Positions 49,884-61,564 are shown, counted from the first letter of the stretch. The stretch is DNA of 64,000 bases from Candidatus Eiseniibacteriota bacterium (GCA_965223205.1 OZ244990.1:2864170-2928169); one strand, 5' to 3'. Made by a program: numbers and translations. Notes: generated from the sequence alone by a model not told the origin.

Positions 49884-50578
49884 CGCTCTGTGCCATCGCG
49901 CCGGCGGCGGCCGGCGGCTCCGAGGGCGCCCACCAGACTGCGGCGCGGCGGGCGATGGTTGAGCAAACGATTGTGGCACGGGGCGTTGCTGACAGCTTGG
50001 TGCTCGAGGCGCTGCGCCGAGTCCCCCGGCACCGGTTTGTGCCGCGCTCTCACCGCCACCTGGCGTACACCGATCACGCCCTGCCGATTGGGGACGGCCA
50101 GACCATCTCGCAGCCCTACATCGTCGCTTTGATGACCGAACTGCTCGAACTCAGGCCCGGCGATCGGGTGTTGGAGGTGGGCACCGGGTCGGGCTACCAA
50201 GCGGCGGTCTTGGCCGAGATCACTTCAGAGGTCTACTCGATCGAGATCATCGCCGAGTTGGCCGAGGGTGCTGCCCGGCGCTTGGCGGCGCTCGGCTACG
50301 ACACCGTCAACGTGCGGGCCGGCGACGGCTACCGGGGTTGGCCGGAGGCGGCGCCCTTTGACCGTATCATTCTGACCGCCGCCCCCGTCCACTTGCCGAT
50401 TCCCTTGGTCGACCAACTCCGGGTCGGCGGCATTTTGGTGGCACCCTTGGGGGAAGAGCGGCAGGTGCTCATGCGCTACCGGAAGGACGCCACGGGCGCG
50501 CTGGTCGAGGAAGCGGTGACGCGCGTGCGGTTCGTCCCGATGACCGGCGAAGCGGAGATCGACCCCAATGCGCCCTAG
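49844..50578 (+). CDS. pcm: Protein-L-isoaspartate O-methyltransferase, possibly with N-terminal signal peptide
   Basis: SAM-binding motif LEVGTGSGYQAAVLA, GDG motif and TISQP motif. Start at ATG 49844 yields the signal-like MDCHLRLARVALLTLCAIAPAAA; the ATG at 49955 (MVEQ...) is the cytoplasmic-form alternative. Confidence 0.85.
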   Translation: MDCHLRLARVALLTLCAIAPAAAGGSEGAHQTAARRAMVEQTIVARGVADSLVLEALRRVPRHRFVPRSHRHLAYTDHALPIGDGQTISQPYIVALMTELLELRPGDRVLEVGTGSGYQAAVLAEITSEVYSIEIIAELAEGAARRLAALGYDTVNVRAGDGYRGWPEAAPFDRIILTAAPVHLPIPLVDQLRVGGILVAPLGEERQVLMRYRKDATGALVEEAVTRVRFVPMTGEAEIDPNAP

Positions 50579-50623
50579 CTCGGGTGCAGGTGTCGGGGGT
50601 CTAGGAGGCCGGGGGAGAGGCGT

Positions 50624-51811
50624 GTGAGACGATCGCCTGCCAAGCGGTTGGGCTGGTGTGGTGCGGTGCTGGTGCTCTTCCCTCTCCTTGGGAACGTGCG
50701 ACCGGCGGCCGGGTTGCCGCTGTACGCTGTCCGCGAGCGGCTCTCGTGCAGCAGTTGCCACGTCGATCCCTCAGGGGGCGGGCCACGCAACGCCTACGGC
50801 TTTGACTACATGCTGGCGCGCCACGCCACCACTCCCGAGTTCAAGTGGCCCGAGTTGCCGGAGGCGCAGCCAGAGCTGGCGCCCGGACTCGCCGCCGGCG
50901 CCGACCTCCGGGCGATTTACGACGCCCGCAACGCCCGACACGTGGAGGGTTTCCCGGATCAAGCTTCGTCCTTCGTCCGCATGCAGAGCGCGCTCTACCT
51001 GACCTATGCGCCGCTCGAACCATTGGTCTTGGCTTTGAACGCCGACATCGACCAGGGACGTCTGGGTGGGCCCGAGTGGTTTGCCATGGGGCATCAACCC
51101 GACGGCCCACTCTATGTAAAGTTCGGTGCGTTCCGAGTTCCTTACGGCCTGAGGATGGACGACCACACCCTTTGGGTGCGCAACGATTGGGTGACCCACA
51201 CCCTCGCACCCCGCCGGTTCGAGCTGTTGGGACGCGGCGGCGATCCGCGTTTGCCCGACGTCGGCATCGAGCTGGGCGCTCAGCGCCGTCGCGCCTTTGC
51301 CCAACTGGCGCTCACCAACGGCGCCACCGGTGCTCTCGATATTGCCGACCGCAACTTGGCGGTCACCGCCCGCGCCGGTGGCGCTTTGCGCGACCTCTGG
51401 GGGGGAGTGACCACCCACCTCGACACCGACGGCGAGCCGGGCGCCGCCGGCGCCGTCCAAGTACGGCGCTACGGCGTCTTCGGTGGTGTCCGTGCCCACG
51501 GGCGCTGGGTCTTCCTGGGCGAGGCGTCGCTCGGCGAAGATCGGCCCCTCGGGACGCATACGATCCAACGGCTTATCGCTTCTTGGGCCGAAGCCGATTT
51601 TCTCTGGTCGCGCGGAGCGCGCGCCCGCTTCCGCTACGACTACGTCAACTCCGACCGTGACCTGGAGTTTGCCGCAGCCGAGCGCTACACGGCCGAAGTC
51701 GATTGGACGCCGACGCCGTTCACGACCCTGCGTTGGAGCTATCGGTTCACTTCCAGCGAGTTCGGACCGGATCTCGACGAGTTCGTGTTCCTGGGTCACT
51801 TCCACTTCTAG
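50624..51811 (+). CDS. Putative outer-membrane beta-barrel protein with an N-terminal CxxCH motif
   Basis: Signal peptide, CSSCH 12 residues into the predicted mature protein, alternating amphipathic strands, C-terminal ...LGHFHF (terminal aromatic typical of outer-membrane barrels). GTG start with GGAGG upstream. Confidence 0.65.
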   Translation: MRRSPAKRLGWCGAVLVLFPLLGNVRPAAGLPLYAVRERLSCSSCHVDPSGGGPRNAYGFDYMLARHATTPEFKWPELPEAQPELAPGLAAGADLRAIYDARNARHVEGFPDQASSFVRMQSALYLTYAPLEPLVLALNADIDQGRLGGPEWFAMGHQPDGPLYVKFGAFRVPYGLRMDDHTLWVRNDWVTHTLAPRRFELLGRGGDPRLPDVGIELGAQRRRAFAQLALTNGATGALDIADRNLAVTARAGGALRDLWGGVTTHLDTDGEPGAAGAVQVRRYGVFGGVRAHGRWVFLGEASLGEDRPLGTHTIQRLIASWAEADFLWSRGARARFRYDYVNSDRDLEFAAAERYTAEVDWTPTPFTTLRWSYRFTSSEFGPDLDEFVFLGHFHF

Positions 51812-53821
<2,010 letters not shown>

Positions 53822-53944
53822 TAGCGTCGCGCCGGCGCTGAAACCGAGAGGTGCGCCCCGGTGTTGATGTGCAGACAGGGCAGCCCCAGCCCCGCCGCTG
53901 ACGTTCCCGCCCCGGCCCAGTGAGAGAGGAGCAGAAGAACACCT

Positions 53945-54619
53945 ATGTCTGACCTCGGCGTCTTTTCGATCATTCACTCGTCGGGATGGTTCGCCAAGTT
54001 GGTGTTGCTTGTCCTCCTGGGTTTCTCCCTGGTGTCGTTGACCATCGCTATCGACCGCTGGCGTTACTTCAGGCGCGCCCAAGGCCACATGGCCCACTTC
54101 AAGCGCATCTTTCGCGGCGAGAGCTTGGTCAACCTGTCGTCGGTGGTCGACGAACTGCACGAGGGTCCCATGTCACGCCTGGCCGGTGCCGGCATGGATG
54201 AATACGAGTTGACCTTCGGCAGCGCCCCACAGGCCAACCAGGACGTGCGCCAGGCCGGCTTGGACAACGTCCGCCGGGCGCTGGTGACCGCCGCGGGCGA
54301 AGAGCTAGCCCGCGCCGAAGAGCGCCTGGGCGTGTTGGCGACCAGCGGGTCGGTAAGCCCGTTTTTTGGGTTGTTGGGGACGGTGTGGGGTGTGATGACC
54401 TCTTTTGTGGCAATGGGGATGCAGACTTCGGCTAGTCTGGCGGTGGTTGCCCCCGGCATCGCCGAGGCGTTGATCACCACCATCGCCGGGTTGGCGGTCG
54501 CCATTCCGTCGGTCATCTTCTACAACTACTTCCAGAGTCGCGTGCGCTGGTTGGATGGCGAACTCGAAGCTTTTTCGGGAGACCTGGTCAACGCCTTCAG
54601 CCGCGAGTTGTGGCGCTGA
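53945..54619 (+). CDS. tolQ: Tol-Pal system protein TolQ (MotA/TolQ/ExbB proton channel)
   Basis: Three TM helices and the conserved C-terminal GLLGTVWGVM...APGIAEALITTIAGLAVAIP segment. Confidence 0.85.
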   Translation: MSDLGVFSIIHSSGWFAKLVLLVLLGFSLVSLTIAIDRWRYFRRAQGHMAHFKRIFRGESLVNLSSVVDELHEGPMSRLAGAGMDEYELTFGSAPQANQDVRQAGLDNVRRALVTAAGEELARAEERLGVLATSGSVSPFFGLLGTVWGVMTSFVAMGMQTSASLAVVAPGIAEALITTIAGLAVAIPSVIFYNYFQSRVRWLDGELEAFSGDLVNAFSRELWR

Positions 54620-55038
54620 TGGCGCGCCCCTCCGCCAGGCCGATGGCCGACATCAACGTCACCTCCCTGGTCGACGTGAGCTTGGTGCTGCTCATCATCT
54701 TCATGATTACCGCGCCTTTCATTCAGGCTGGCGTCGAGGTTGAGTTGCCAGAGACTACCGACACCGGTGTCGACGTCCGCGAGGGGTTAGTGTTGTCGGT
54801 GGGTGCCGATCGCACGGTCTACCTGGGTGATGATCCCGTCCCACTCGACAATCTGGCCAGCGAGTTGGCCAGGCGCTACGACGAGCAGGCTGGGCGCACC
54901 CTCTACATGCGGGCGGACCAGGGTGTGCCGTACGGCTTCGTGGTGCAGGTGATGGCGCTGGCCAAGAGCGCCGGTTTTGTGCACCTGGGATTGGTTACCC
55001 AACCCGATCAACAGGGGCTGTTTGGGGCGAGTGACTGA
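54619..55038 (+). CDS. tolR: Tol-Pal system protein TolR (ExbD/TolR family)
   Basis: DINVTSLVDVSLVLLIIFMITAPF signature; ATG overlaps the tolQ TGA. The ORF-track GTG at 54610 is an upstream alternative. Confidence 0.85.
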   Translation: MARPSARPMADINVTSLVDVSLVLLIIFMITAPFIQAGVEVELPETTDTGVDVREGLVLSVGADRTVYLGDDPVPLDNLASELARRYDEQAGRTLYMRADQGVPYGFVVQVMALAKSAGFVHLGLVTQPDQQGLFGASD

Positions 55039-55039
55039 C

Positions 55040-55843
55040 ATGGCGGGCGCTACTTGGCCTCGCCCGTTGCGAGAGCCGTGGGTGCCCTCCTTTGGGCTGT
55101 CGGTTCTCTGCCACGCGCTCGCCCTGGCGTTCGTGTGGTGGATGGCAGCGATTCGCTTGGGACCGAGCGAACGCCCCACCATCTACCGTGTGGAGTTGGT
55201 GGAATTGGATGCCTTTGAACCCCCGGTGACGCCGCCGGCCGGGGTCGACGAGCCGATCGAGACGCCTGCCCCGCCGCCGGCTGCAGCCCCGCCCGAGCCA
55301 GTGGCCGAACCGACCCCAACTCCACTGGAACCACCGCCCCTCGAAGGACGCCGGCGTTCGCCGTCGGCCCGTCGCCCCGAAGCTCCGGCGCCGGCAGCAG
55401 CCGCCCAACCGCTGGCCGTCTCCGAGCCGACCGAAGTCGCACCCCCGCCGGCCGCACCGGCGGTGTCTGAAACACCTGTCCCACCCGTGGAGCCGCCGGC
55501 CGCGACTATCACCGCCGAGGCGCCGGCTGGCGCCTCGACCCAGGATGTTCCCGAGTCGCCGCTCTTTACGGAGTACGCCTACTATCGCGTGGCGATGCGC
55601 AACAAGATTGCGGCGGCTTGGTCGCCGCCGCCTGCCGGCGCCGAGATGGTGTGTTCGGTCCGATTTCGCATTGTCCGCTCGGGGCACCTGACCGGCGCTC
55701 AGTTGGCGACCTCCTCGGGGTTGCCCTGGTTTGACCAGACGGCGCTCCGCGCCGTGGCCCAGGCCAGCCCGTTGCCACCTTTGCCCGCCGACTTTCCAGA
55801 CGACCAGGTGGGTGTGCTTTTCCACTTCATCTTCAAACCATGA
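55040..55843 (+). CDS. TolA-like / TonB-family energy transducer (TM anchor, proline-rich spacer, TonB_C domain)
   Basis: N-terminal anchor, about 100-aa Pro/Ala/Glu-rich linker, C-terminal YAYYRVAMRNKIAAAW...VRFRIVRSGHL domain. Located between tolR and tolB. Confidence 0.7.
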   Translation: MAGATWPRPLREPWVPSFGLSVLCHALALAFVWWMAAIRLGPSERPTIYRVELVELDAFEPPVTPPAGVDEPIETPAPPPAAAPPEPVAEPTPTPLEPPPLEGRRRSPSARRPEAPAPAAAAQPLAVSEPTEVAPPPAAPAVSETPVPPVEPPAATITAEAPAGASTQDVPESPLFTEYAYYRVAMRNKIAAAWSPPPAGAEMVCSVRFRIVRSGHLTGAQLATSSGLPWFDQTALRAVAQASPLPPLPADFPDDQVGVLFHFIFKP

Positions 55844-57132
55844 CCGGCGCCCGGTGGTTGGTGATCGTCGTCGCGGTGGCTTGGGCTGCGCCGCTTGCTT
55901 GGGCGATCGATTGGGAGGAGCGCATCGAGCGCGACCAAGCGGCGCGGATTCCATTGTGGGTTGATCGCTTCCTGTGGGTGGGCCCGCCGACTCTCGAATA
56001 CCAGTCGGCGCAGGGCGAGCGGACGTTGCTCAGCGACTTGGAGCTGTCCGGCCACTTTCGGGTGGTCGGCCCCCTGGCGGCCGACCTGGCCGGTGACGGT
56101 CCTGTCGCCCGCTCTAAGAGCGACATCCTGGCGACCGTCGAGGGCCGCTTGGAGGAAGTGGCCGGCGCCTTGCAGTTCACCGGCGGGCTCTCAGCCTTTC
56201 CCTCAGGCAAGCGTATCGCCGAGTGGAGCGCTCCGGTGCCGGCCGGGCAGGTGCGCCAAGTCATGCACGCGTTCGCCGACGAGGTGGTGTTTCATCTAAC
56301 CGGGGAGCGCGGCATTGCCCAGACGCAGTTGGCTTGCGTGTGTGGCGAGCGCCGCCGGCGCGAAGTCCACGTGTTCGACTATGACGGTCGCAACCCGCGG
56401 GCGGTGACCGCCGGGGATGGCACCGCCCTCTCCCCAGCCTGGTCGCCGGTCGAGCCGCTCATTGCCTTTACGTCATTTAGACGTGGTGAGGCCGATCTCT
56501 ACGCCGTCCACGCCGACAGCGGCCAGATCTTCGGTGTGAGCCACCACCCGGGTTTGGATTCCGCCCCGGCCTGGTCGCCCGACGGGCGGCGACTGGCGGC
56601 CACTTTGTCGATGGGAGAGGGCAACCCGGACATCTATCTTTTGGCCCGGGATGGCAAGGTCCAAAAGCGCCTGACGTTCCACCCGGGCATCGACGCCTCC
56701 CCATCGTTTGCGCCCTCGGGGCGGCGCCTGGTGTTCATGTCGGATCGGGACGGCACCCCACAGCTGTTCACGATGGATACCGACGGACTCGACGTCCGCC
56801 GCATCCCTTTGTCCGAGAACTACGCCGATTCACCCTCGTGGTCGCCGCGCGGCGACTTGATCGCCTACGCCGGCATGGTGAACGGCCATTTCGATATTTT
56901 CGTGGCGGCCCCCGATGGCGCCGGCGCCCTACGATTGACCGAGGGTTCGGGCTCCAACGAGAACCCGCGCTTCGCCCCCGACGGCCGCCACATTGTCTTC
57001 AGCTCGAACCGCTCAGGGGGCTGGCGGGTTTACATCATGCAGGTCGACGGCACCGCCCAGACTGCGGTGTCGCCTGACGACGTCGAGTGTTTCTACCCGA
57101 CCTGGTCGCCCTACCCAGAGCGCCGCGAGTAG
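55840..57132 (+). CDS. tolB: Tol-Pal system beta-propeller protein TolB
   Basis: Signal peptide, then repeated WD40-like/TolB blades (PAWSPDGRRLA, PSFAPSGRRLVFMSDRDG, PRFAPDGRHIVFSSNRSG). Confidence 0.88.
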   Translation: MTGARWLVIVVAVAWAAPLAWAIDWEERIERDQAARIPLWVDRFLWVGPPTLEYQSAQGERTLLSDLELSGHFRVVGPLAADLAGDGPVARSKSDILATVEGRLEEVAGALQFTGGLSAFPSGKRIAEWSAPVPAGQVRQVMHAFADEVVFHLTGERGIAQTQLACVCGERRRREVHVFDYDGRNPRAVTAGDGTALSPAWSPVEPLIAFTSFRRGEADLYAVHADSGQIFGVSHHPGLDSAPAWSPDGRRLAATLSMGEGNPDIYLLARDGKVQKRLTFHPGIDASPSFAPSGRRLVFMSDRDGTPQLFTMDTDGLDVRRIPLSENYADSPSWSPRGDLIAYAGMVNGHFDIFVAAPDGAGALRLTEGSGSNENPRFAPDGRHIVFSSNRSGGWRVYIMQVDGTAQTAVSPDDVECFYPTWSPYPERRE

Positions 57133-57256
57133 GAGTGTGGAGTGCCAACATCACGCGTGCCCCGCGCCCGGGCTTGACACGGAGCGGAAGCCTGCTCATG
57201 CTTCGAGCCACTCAGGGCGATGCGTCTTTGTGCGAACCCAAACGGGGAGTAAGTGG

Positions 57257-57838
57257 ATGACTTTGCCTGCGCTTGCCAGCCGCGCCGTCCTTTGGATGGC
57301 CTGTTTGATCTGCTTGGTTGGTTGTTCGAAGAAGGAACAGCAACTCACCGACGTCGGCGATCCGACGCCGCCGCCCCAAGCTTCCAACGAGAGTGACTGG
57401 CCCCCGCCACCACCGGCCGCTGGCACCGGCGCCAACACTGGTTGGTCGGACGGCGATACGGGAACGCCAGCCACCGGCTTTGGGGAAACCACCCCCGAGT
57501 TCGAGGTGACCAGCCTCGCTGATGTCCACTTTGAATTTGATCGCTACGCTCTCGATAGCGGCGCCCGGACAACCCTCGCCGACAACGCCCGGATGCTCGA
57601 AAGCTACCCAGAGGTGGCGGTGGTGGTCGAGGGCCACTGCGACGAGCGGGGGAGCATTGAGTACAACTTGGCACTTGGCGAGAAACGCGCTCAAGTGGTG
57701 CGCGACTATTTGGTCCGCTACGGCATTGAGGCCGATCGCATCGATACCGTCAGCTTCGGCGAAGAGCGCCCGCTCGACCCCCGCGGCACCGAGGAGGCGT
57801 GGGCGGCCAACCGCCGCGCCCACTTCCGGGCGCGCTAG
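57257..57838 (+). CDS. pal: Peptidoglycan-associated lipoprotein Pal (OmpA-like domain)
   Basis: Lipobox LVGC, Pro-rich linker, OmpA-C motifs (FEFDRYAL...VVVEGHCDERGSIEYNLALGEKRA). The ORF-track start at 56993 is an in-frame extension. Confidence 0.88.
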   Translation: MTLPALASRAVLWMACLICLVGCSKKEQQLTDVGDPTPPPQASNESDWPPPPPAAGTGANTGWSDGDTGTPATGFGETTPEFEVTSLADVHFEFDRYALDSGARTTLADNARMLESYPEVAVVVEGHCDERGSIEYNLALGEKRAQVVRDYLVRYGIEADRIDTVSFGEERPLDPRGTEEAWAANRRAHFRAR

Positions 57839-57839
57839 C

Positions 57840-58583
57840 TTGGTCGCTCGGCGCGCCGTGGTGCTGGCGCTCGGCGGCCTCCTCTGGTCCGGCTGTGCGG
57901 TGATGCAGATGCCGGAGCAGCTGGCCGAAACCCAAGACCAGGTCACCGCCCTCGAGGCGCGGATCGCTGCGCTGGCCGCCCAAGTCGATGAGCTCCGCCA
58001 GGCCGAGCGCTTGGGACAGCGGGGCGTGCGCGAGGCGCGCGCTGACCTGAGCGCCCAGCTCGACGAGATTGAGCGCCATCTCGCCGCTGTCGCCGAGTTG
58101 CAGCGCGACTCCCGGAGCCGCCTGGATCGCCTGCAGGCCCGCGCCGCCGAGCCGGAGCGCATCCATGTGGCGACGCGGCCCGACACTGTCCTGATCCCCA
58201 CCATTCTGGGCGAGCAGCTCTATGATGCGGCGCTCTCCAACGCATTGCAGGAGCGCTACCCCCTGGCCATCCAGGAGTTTTCGGACTACCTGGAGCGCTT
58301 TCCACAGGGCGAGCTGGCCGATGATTGCCAGTATTACATTGGCGACTGCTACGACGCCCAACACAGCTTCGAGGCGGCCGCCCGCGCCTACCTCAAGTTG
58401 GTAAAGGACTTTCCAGCCAGTGACCGAGTCCCGCAGGCGCTCTACAAGGCGGGCGCCGCCCTGGCGGAGCTGGGGCGCGTCGACGAGGCCCAGCGCACCC
58501 TCGAACGGGTCGTGGACGAGTACCCGTTTACCGACGAGGCGATCCGGGCCCGCGACGCATTGCGCCGGCTCCATACCCGCTGA
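57840..58583 (+). CDS. cpoB: Tol-Pal system protein CpoB/YbgF (coiled coil plus TPR)
   Basis: Lipoprotein-like signal (LWSGC), N-terminal coiled coil, C-terminal TPR repeats. TTG start 1 nt after the pal stop. Confidence 0.75.
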   Translation: MVARRAVVLALGGLLWSGCAVMQMPEQLAETQDQVTALEARIAALAAQVDELRQAERLGQRGVREARADLSAQLDEIERHLAAVAELQRDSRSRLDRLQARAAEPERIHVATRPDTVLIPTILGEQLYDAALSNALQERYPLAIQEFSDYLERFPQGELADDCQYYIGDCYDAQHSFEAAARAYLKLVKDFPASDRVPQALYKAGAALAELGRVDEAQRTLERVVDEYPFTDEAIRARDALRRLHTR

Positions 58584-58851
58584 CCAGTCTCAAAGCGGGA
58601 CACGCTGGCGGCGGCGGTGAGTTGCACCGCGCCACCACTCCTGCAAGATGCGTGCTCGGACGCTACGTCTGAACATCGTTCCCGCTTGCATCTGCCTCAG
58701 TAACATCGCGTTGTGCCATTGACTACAAGTGGCACATTACTTGCCGAACGCTCTCCCGGACTGCCAAAGGCAGCCTCGGGCAATGGCGTCCGCTGGTGCG
58801 CGACGCCTGCCAACTCACATCAGATGACTTGAGCACCAGGGGGAAAACTGC

Positions 58852-59322
58852 ATGAACACGCAAGGAAGAAGTTGGGGGTTGGCTGGCGTTGTGGTGGCCG
58901 CTGCTCTAGCGGTCGTGGGTTGTGGAGAGGACGAGGCTGGACCCGGGACGCCCGATCAGGCGGCGCCGTCGCGCCCCAGCGGCCTGGTGGCGAGCGGGTT
59001 GGCGACGACGCCGGGCGCCGCGGCCGCCGTGACTCTGAACTGGACGGCCAATGCCGAGAGCGACGTTGCCACCTATCAGGTCTACTTCTCGACGACACCA
59101 GCAAACGAGACCTCGTACGAACTCCTCGGGACGGTCCCCGCCACCGTCCAGACCTACCAGGATGCACGGGCCCTGGGCAGCGCCTATGCTTACAAGGTGA
59201 CGGCGATGGATACGGCCGAGAACGAGAGTGAGCGTTCGGACGCGGCAATCGTCGAGCTGCCCAATTGGCCCACTGGCGGCACCAAAGTCTCCACCTCAGA
59301 CTGGCGGGATGAGGACTTTTAG
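58852..59322 (+). CDS. Small lipoprotein with a fibronectin type III-like domain
   Basis: Lipobox AVVGC, then an FN3-like module (VTLNWTANAESDVATYQVY...YAYKVTAMDTAENESERS). Confidence 0.6.
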   Translation: MNTQGRSWGLAGVVVAAALAVVGCGEDEAGPGTPDQAAPSRPSGLVASGLATTPGAAAAVTLNWTANAESDVATYQVYFSTTPANETSYELLGTVPATVQTYQDARALGSAYAYKVTAMDTAENESERSDAAIVELPNWPTGGTKVSTSDWRDEDF

Positions 59323-60022
59323 CCCAACACCCTCGCCGCCTTGCGGCCGGATGTGCACAATGGGTAAAAAGAGGGGCCGTCGCTCCATTTGAGGATTGGA
59401 GGACAGCCCCTGCTTGAGGAGGGCTCCGCACGAGCGGGGCCCTAAGGCCGACGGCAGTGGGCTCGGTACACTGCTCGCCAGCGAAGCAGCACGAGGGGGG
59501 ATCCTGACCACGTCGCCCACCATCGCGGTCAACTGAGTATTTTCAGTGGGGTTCCCCCCTCGCTACATCTGTGCTCCAGAACACACTCCGCCATTCGCCC
59601 TAGTGGGCCACTCCGCAAAGTCTTCTTGCGGGCGGACGCGCACCAGGCGCGCCACGGGTGCCAACAACCTGGCGCTAACCGTCGGCTAGCGCTGGGGCGT
59701 TGGGTAGCTGGTTCTGTTGCTCGTTAGCCAGTTGGGAATACGCTGATCCGGGCGGCCGGTGACGGGAGTTCACTTGGGGGGCGCTGGGCGCCGGAACGTG
59801 CGGTGTAGCCAGATCGTGGTTGGATTCTCCTGGTGTCCACGCGAGCGCGGGCGCCGCTCGAGCTGACACCCTCATTTTATAGCACGGACTCGGCGCTCGG
59901 GCAACGCGGTTTTAGAAGTGGGTCCTTCCGGCCTGGGTGGCCGGCCCCAACCCCTGGCCCCTGACTTGCAACTCCGGTGGTAGGCGGCCACTAGGGGCCG
60001 CCGCGGCGGGGAGCTGCCTACT

Positions 60023-61564
60023 GTGTTGACGCGCGTGGCGTCGGCGGCGACGCTTGGGGTTCAGGGCTTTGTCGTGCAGGTGGAGGTTCACGCTGGCCGC
60101 GGCCTGCCGGCCTACCACGTCGTCGGCCTGCCAGACGCGGCGGTACGCGAAAGTCGCGAACGGATCACGGCAGCGCTCGACGCTTGTGGCCGCCGGCTGC
60201 CGCCCTCAAGACTGACCGTTAACTTAGCCCCGGCTGGGATCAAGAAGGCGGGCCCGGCGTTTGACTTGCCCATTGCCCTGGGTTTGATTGTGGCTACCTG
60301 CCAGGGGCGCCGCTGCCGCCTGGATGGACTCGGGGTGGTCGGCGAGCTGTCGTTGGACGGGCGCATCCAGCCGCTACGCGGCGCCTTGGCGTTGGCCATC
60401 GCCCTGCGCGACGCCGGCATCCACCACATCATCGTTCCCGCCGCCAACGCCAGCGAAGTGGCGATGGCTGCCGGTTTGCAAGTGCATCCCGTCGATCACC
60501 TGAGCGAGGTGCTCCAGTGGCTAGCCGGCGGTGGGCGGGTGGCGGCGTTGCCGGGTTATGCCGACGGGCCGCCGGCCCATCGGGAGCCAAGACCGGTACC
60601 TAGCTGGGCGACGATCCGCGGCCAACTCCACGCCAAGCGTGCCCTGGAGGTGGCCGCGGCTGGTGGGCATCACCTCATCATGATCGGGCCACCCGGCTCG
60701 GGAAAAACCAGCCTGGCGCGACAACTGCCTGGCCTCTTGCCCTGCCTCGACGACGAGGAGGCTCTGGACGTCACGCAGATTGCCTCGGTGGTCGGCCAAA
60801 ACGGCGGACAACCGGTCAGGCAGCGGCCGTTTCGCGCCCCCCATCACACCATCTCGACGGCGGGGATGGTCGGCGGCGGCCAGCCGGTGCGTCCGGGCGA
60901 GATCACCTTGGCGCACCGCGGCGTCTTGTTCCTGGACGAGTTGCCTGAGTTCAGGCGGGTGACGCTCGAGGCTCTCAGGCAACCGCTCGAGACGGGCGAG
61001 TTGCACCTGGTCCGGGCGCAATACACCGTCCGGCTGCCCTGCCAGTTCCAACTGGTTGGAGCGCTCAACCCCTGTCCGTGCGGTTGGCTGGGTGACCTCG
61101 AGCAACGCTGCGCGTGTACGCCGACGGCAGTGCGCCAATATCGCGCCCGGCTCTCCGGGCCGCTGCTCGATCGGATCGACCTGCACGTCGAGGTTGCCCG
61201 GGTGGCACCAGAGTTGTTGTTTAAGTCGGCGGCGCCGGGCGCTGAAGTGGCCGCAGAAGACGTCCGTGTGCGCCTCGAGAAGGCCCGCGCGCGGTCCATT
61301 TCGCGGTTCGCGGGTCGATCGTGCCGCTCCAACGCCGAGCTCACCGCGACCGAGGTTCTCGGCCTATGCCGGTTGGACGACGCCAGCGTCAAGCTGATCC
61401 ACGGCGCGGTCCGGCGACACGGCCTGACCGCGCGCGCTACCACCAGCATTGTCAAGGTGGCGCGGACCATCGCCGACTTGGACGGCGCCGCGCGCATCGC
61501 CCGCCAGCACGTTGCCGAGGCGATTTCCTACCGCGCCCTGGATAGACGGCTCGAGCTGGACTAG
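60023..61564 (+). CDS. YifB/ComM-family Mg-chelatase-like AAA+ ATPase
   Basis: N-terminal Lon-protease-like domain, Walker A (GPPGSGKT), Walker B (VLFLDELPEF), and C-terminal Mg-chelatase subunit ChlI-like segment. Confidence 0.88.
   Translation: MLTRVASAATLGVQGFVVQVEVHAGRGLPAYHVVGLPDAAVRESRERITAALDACGRRLPPSRLTVNLAPAGIKKAGPAFDLPIALGLIVATCQGRRCRLDGLGVVGELSLDGRIQPLRGALALAIALRDAGIHHIIVPAANASEVAMAAGLQVHPVDHLSEVLQWLAGGGRVAALPGYADGPPAHREPRPVPSWATIRGQLHAKRALEVAAAGGHHLIMIGPPGSGKTSLARQLPGLLPCLDDEEALDVTQIASVVGQNGGQPVRQRPFRAPHHTISTAGMVGGGQPVRPGEITLAHRGVLFLDELPEFRRVTLEALRQPLETGELHLVRAQYTVRLPCQFQLVGALNPCPCGWLGDLEQRCACTPTAVRQYRARLSGPLLDRIDLHVEVARVAPELLFKSAAPGAEVAAEDVRVRLEKARARSISRFAGRSCRSNAELTATEVLGLCRLDDASVKLIHGAVRRHGLTARATTSIVKVARTIADLDGAARIARQHVAEAISYRALDRRLELD

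Noticed and set aside
59323-60022. tmRNA, RNase P RNA, SRP RNA or 6S RNA in the long gap
   Set aside because: None of the conserved cores is present on either strand (no GGAAAGTCCGGGCTCC, no ACAGAACCCGGCTTA, no GGGTTCGA-TCC...CCACCA 3' end, no AGCAGCC flanking the GGAA tetraloop). Left as unexplained non-coding DNA.
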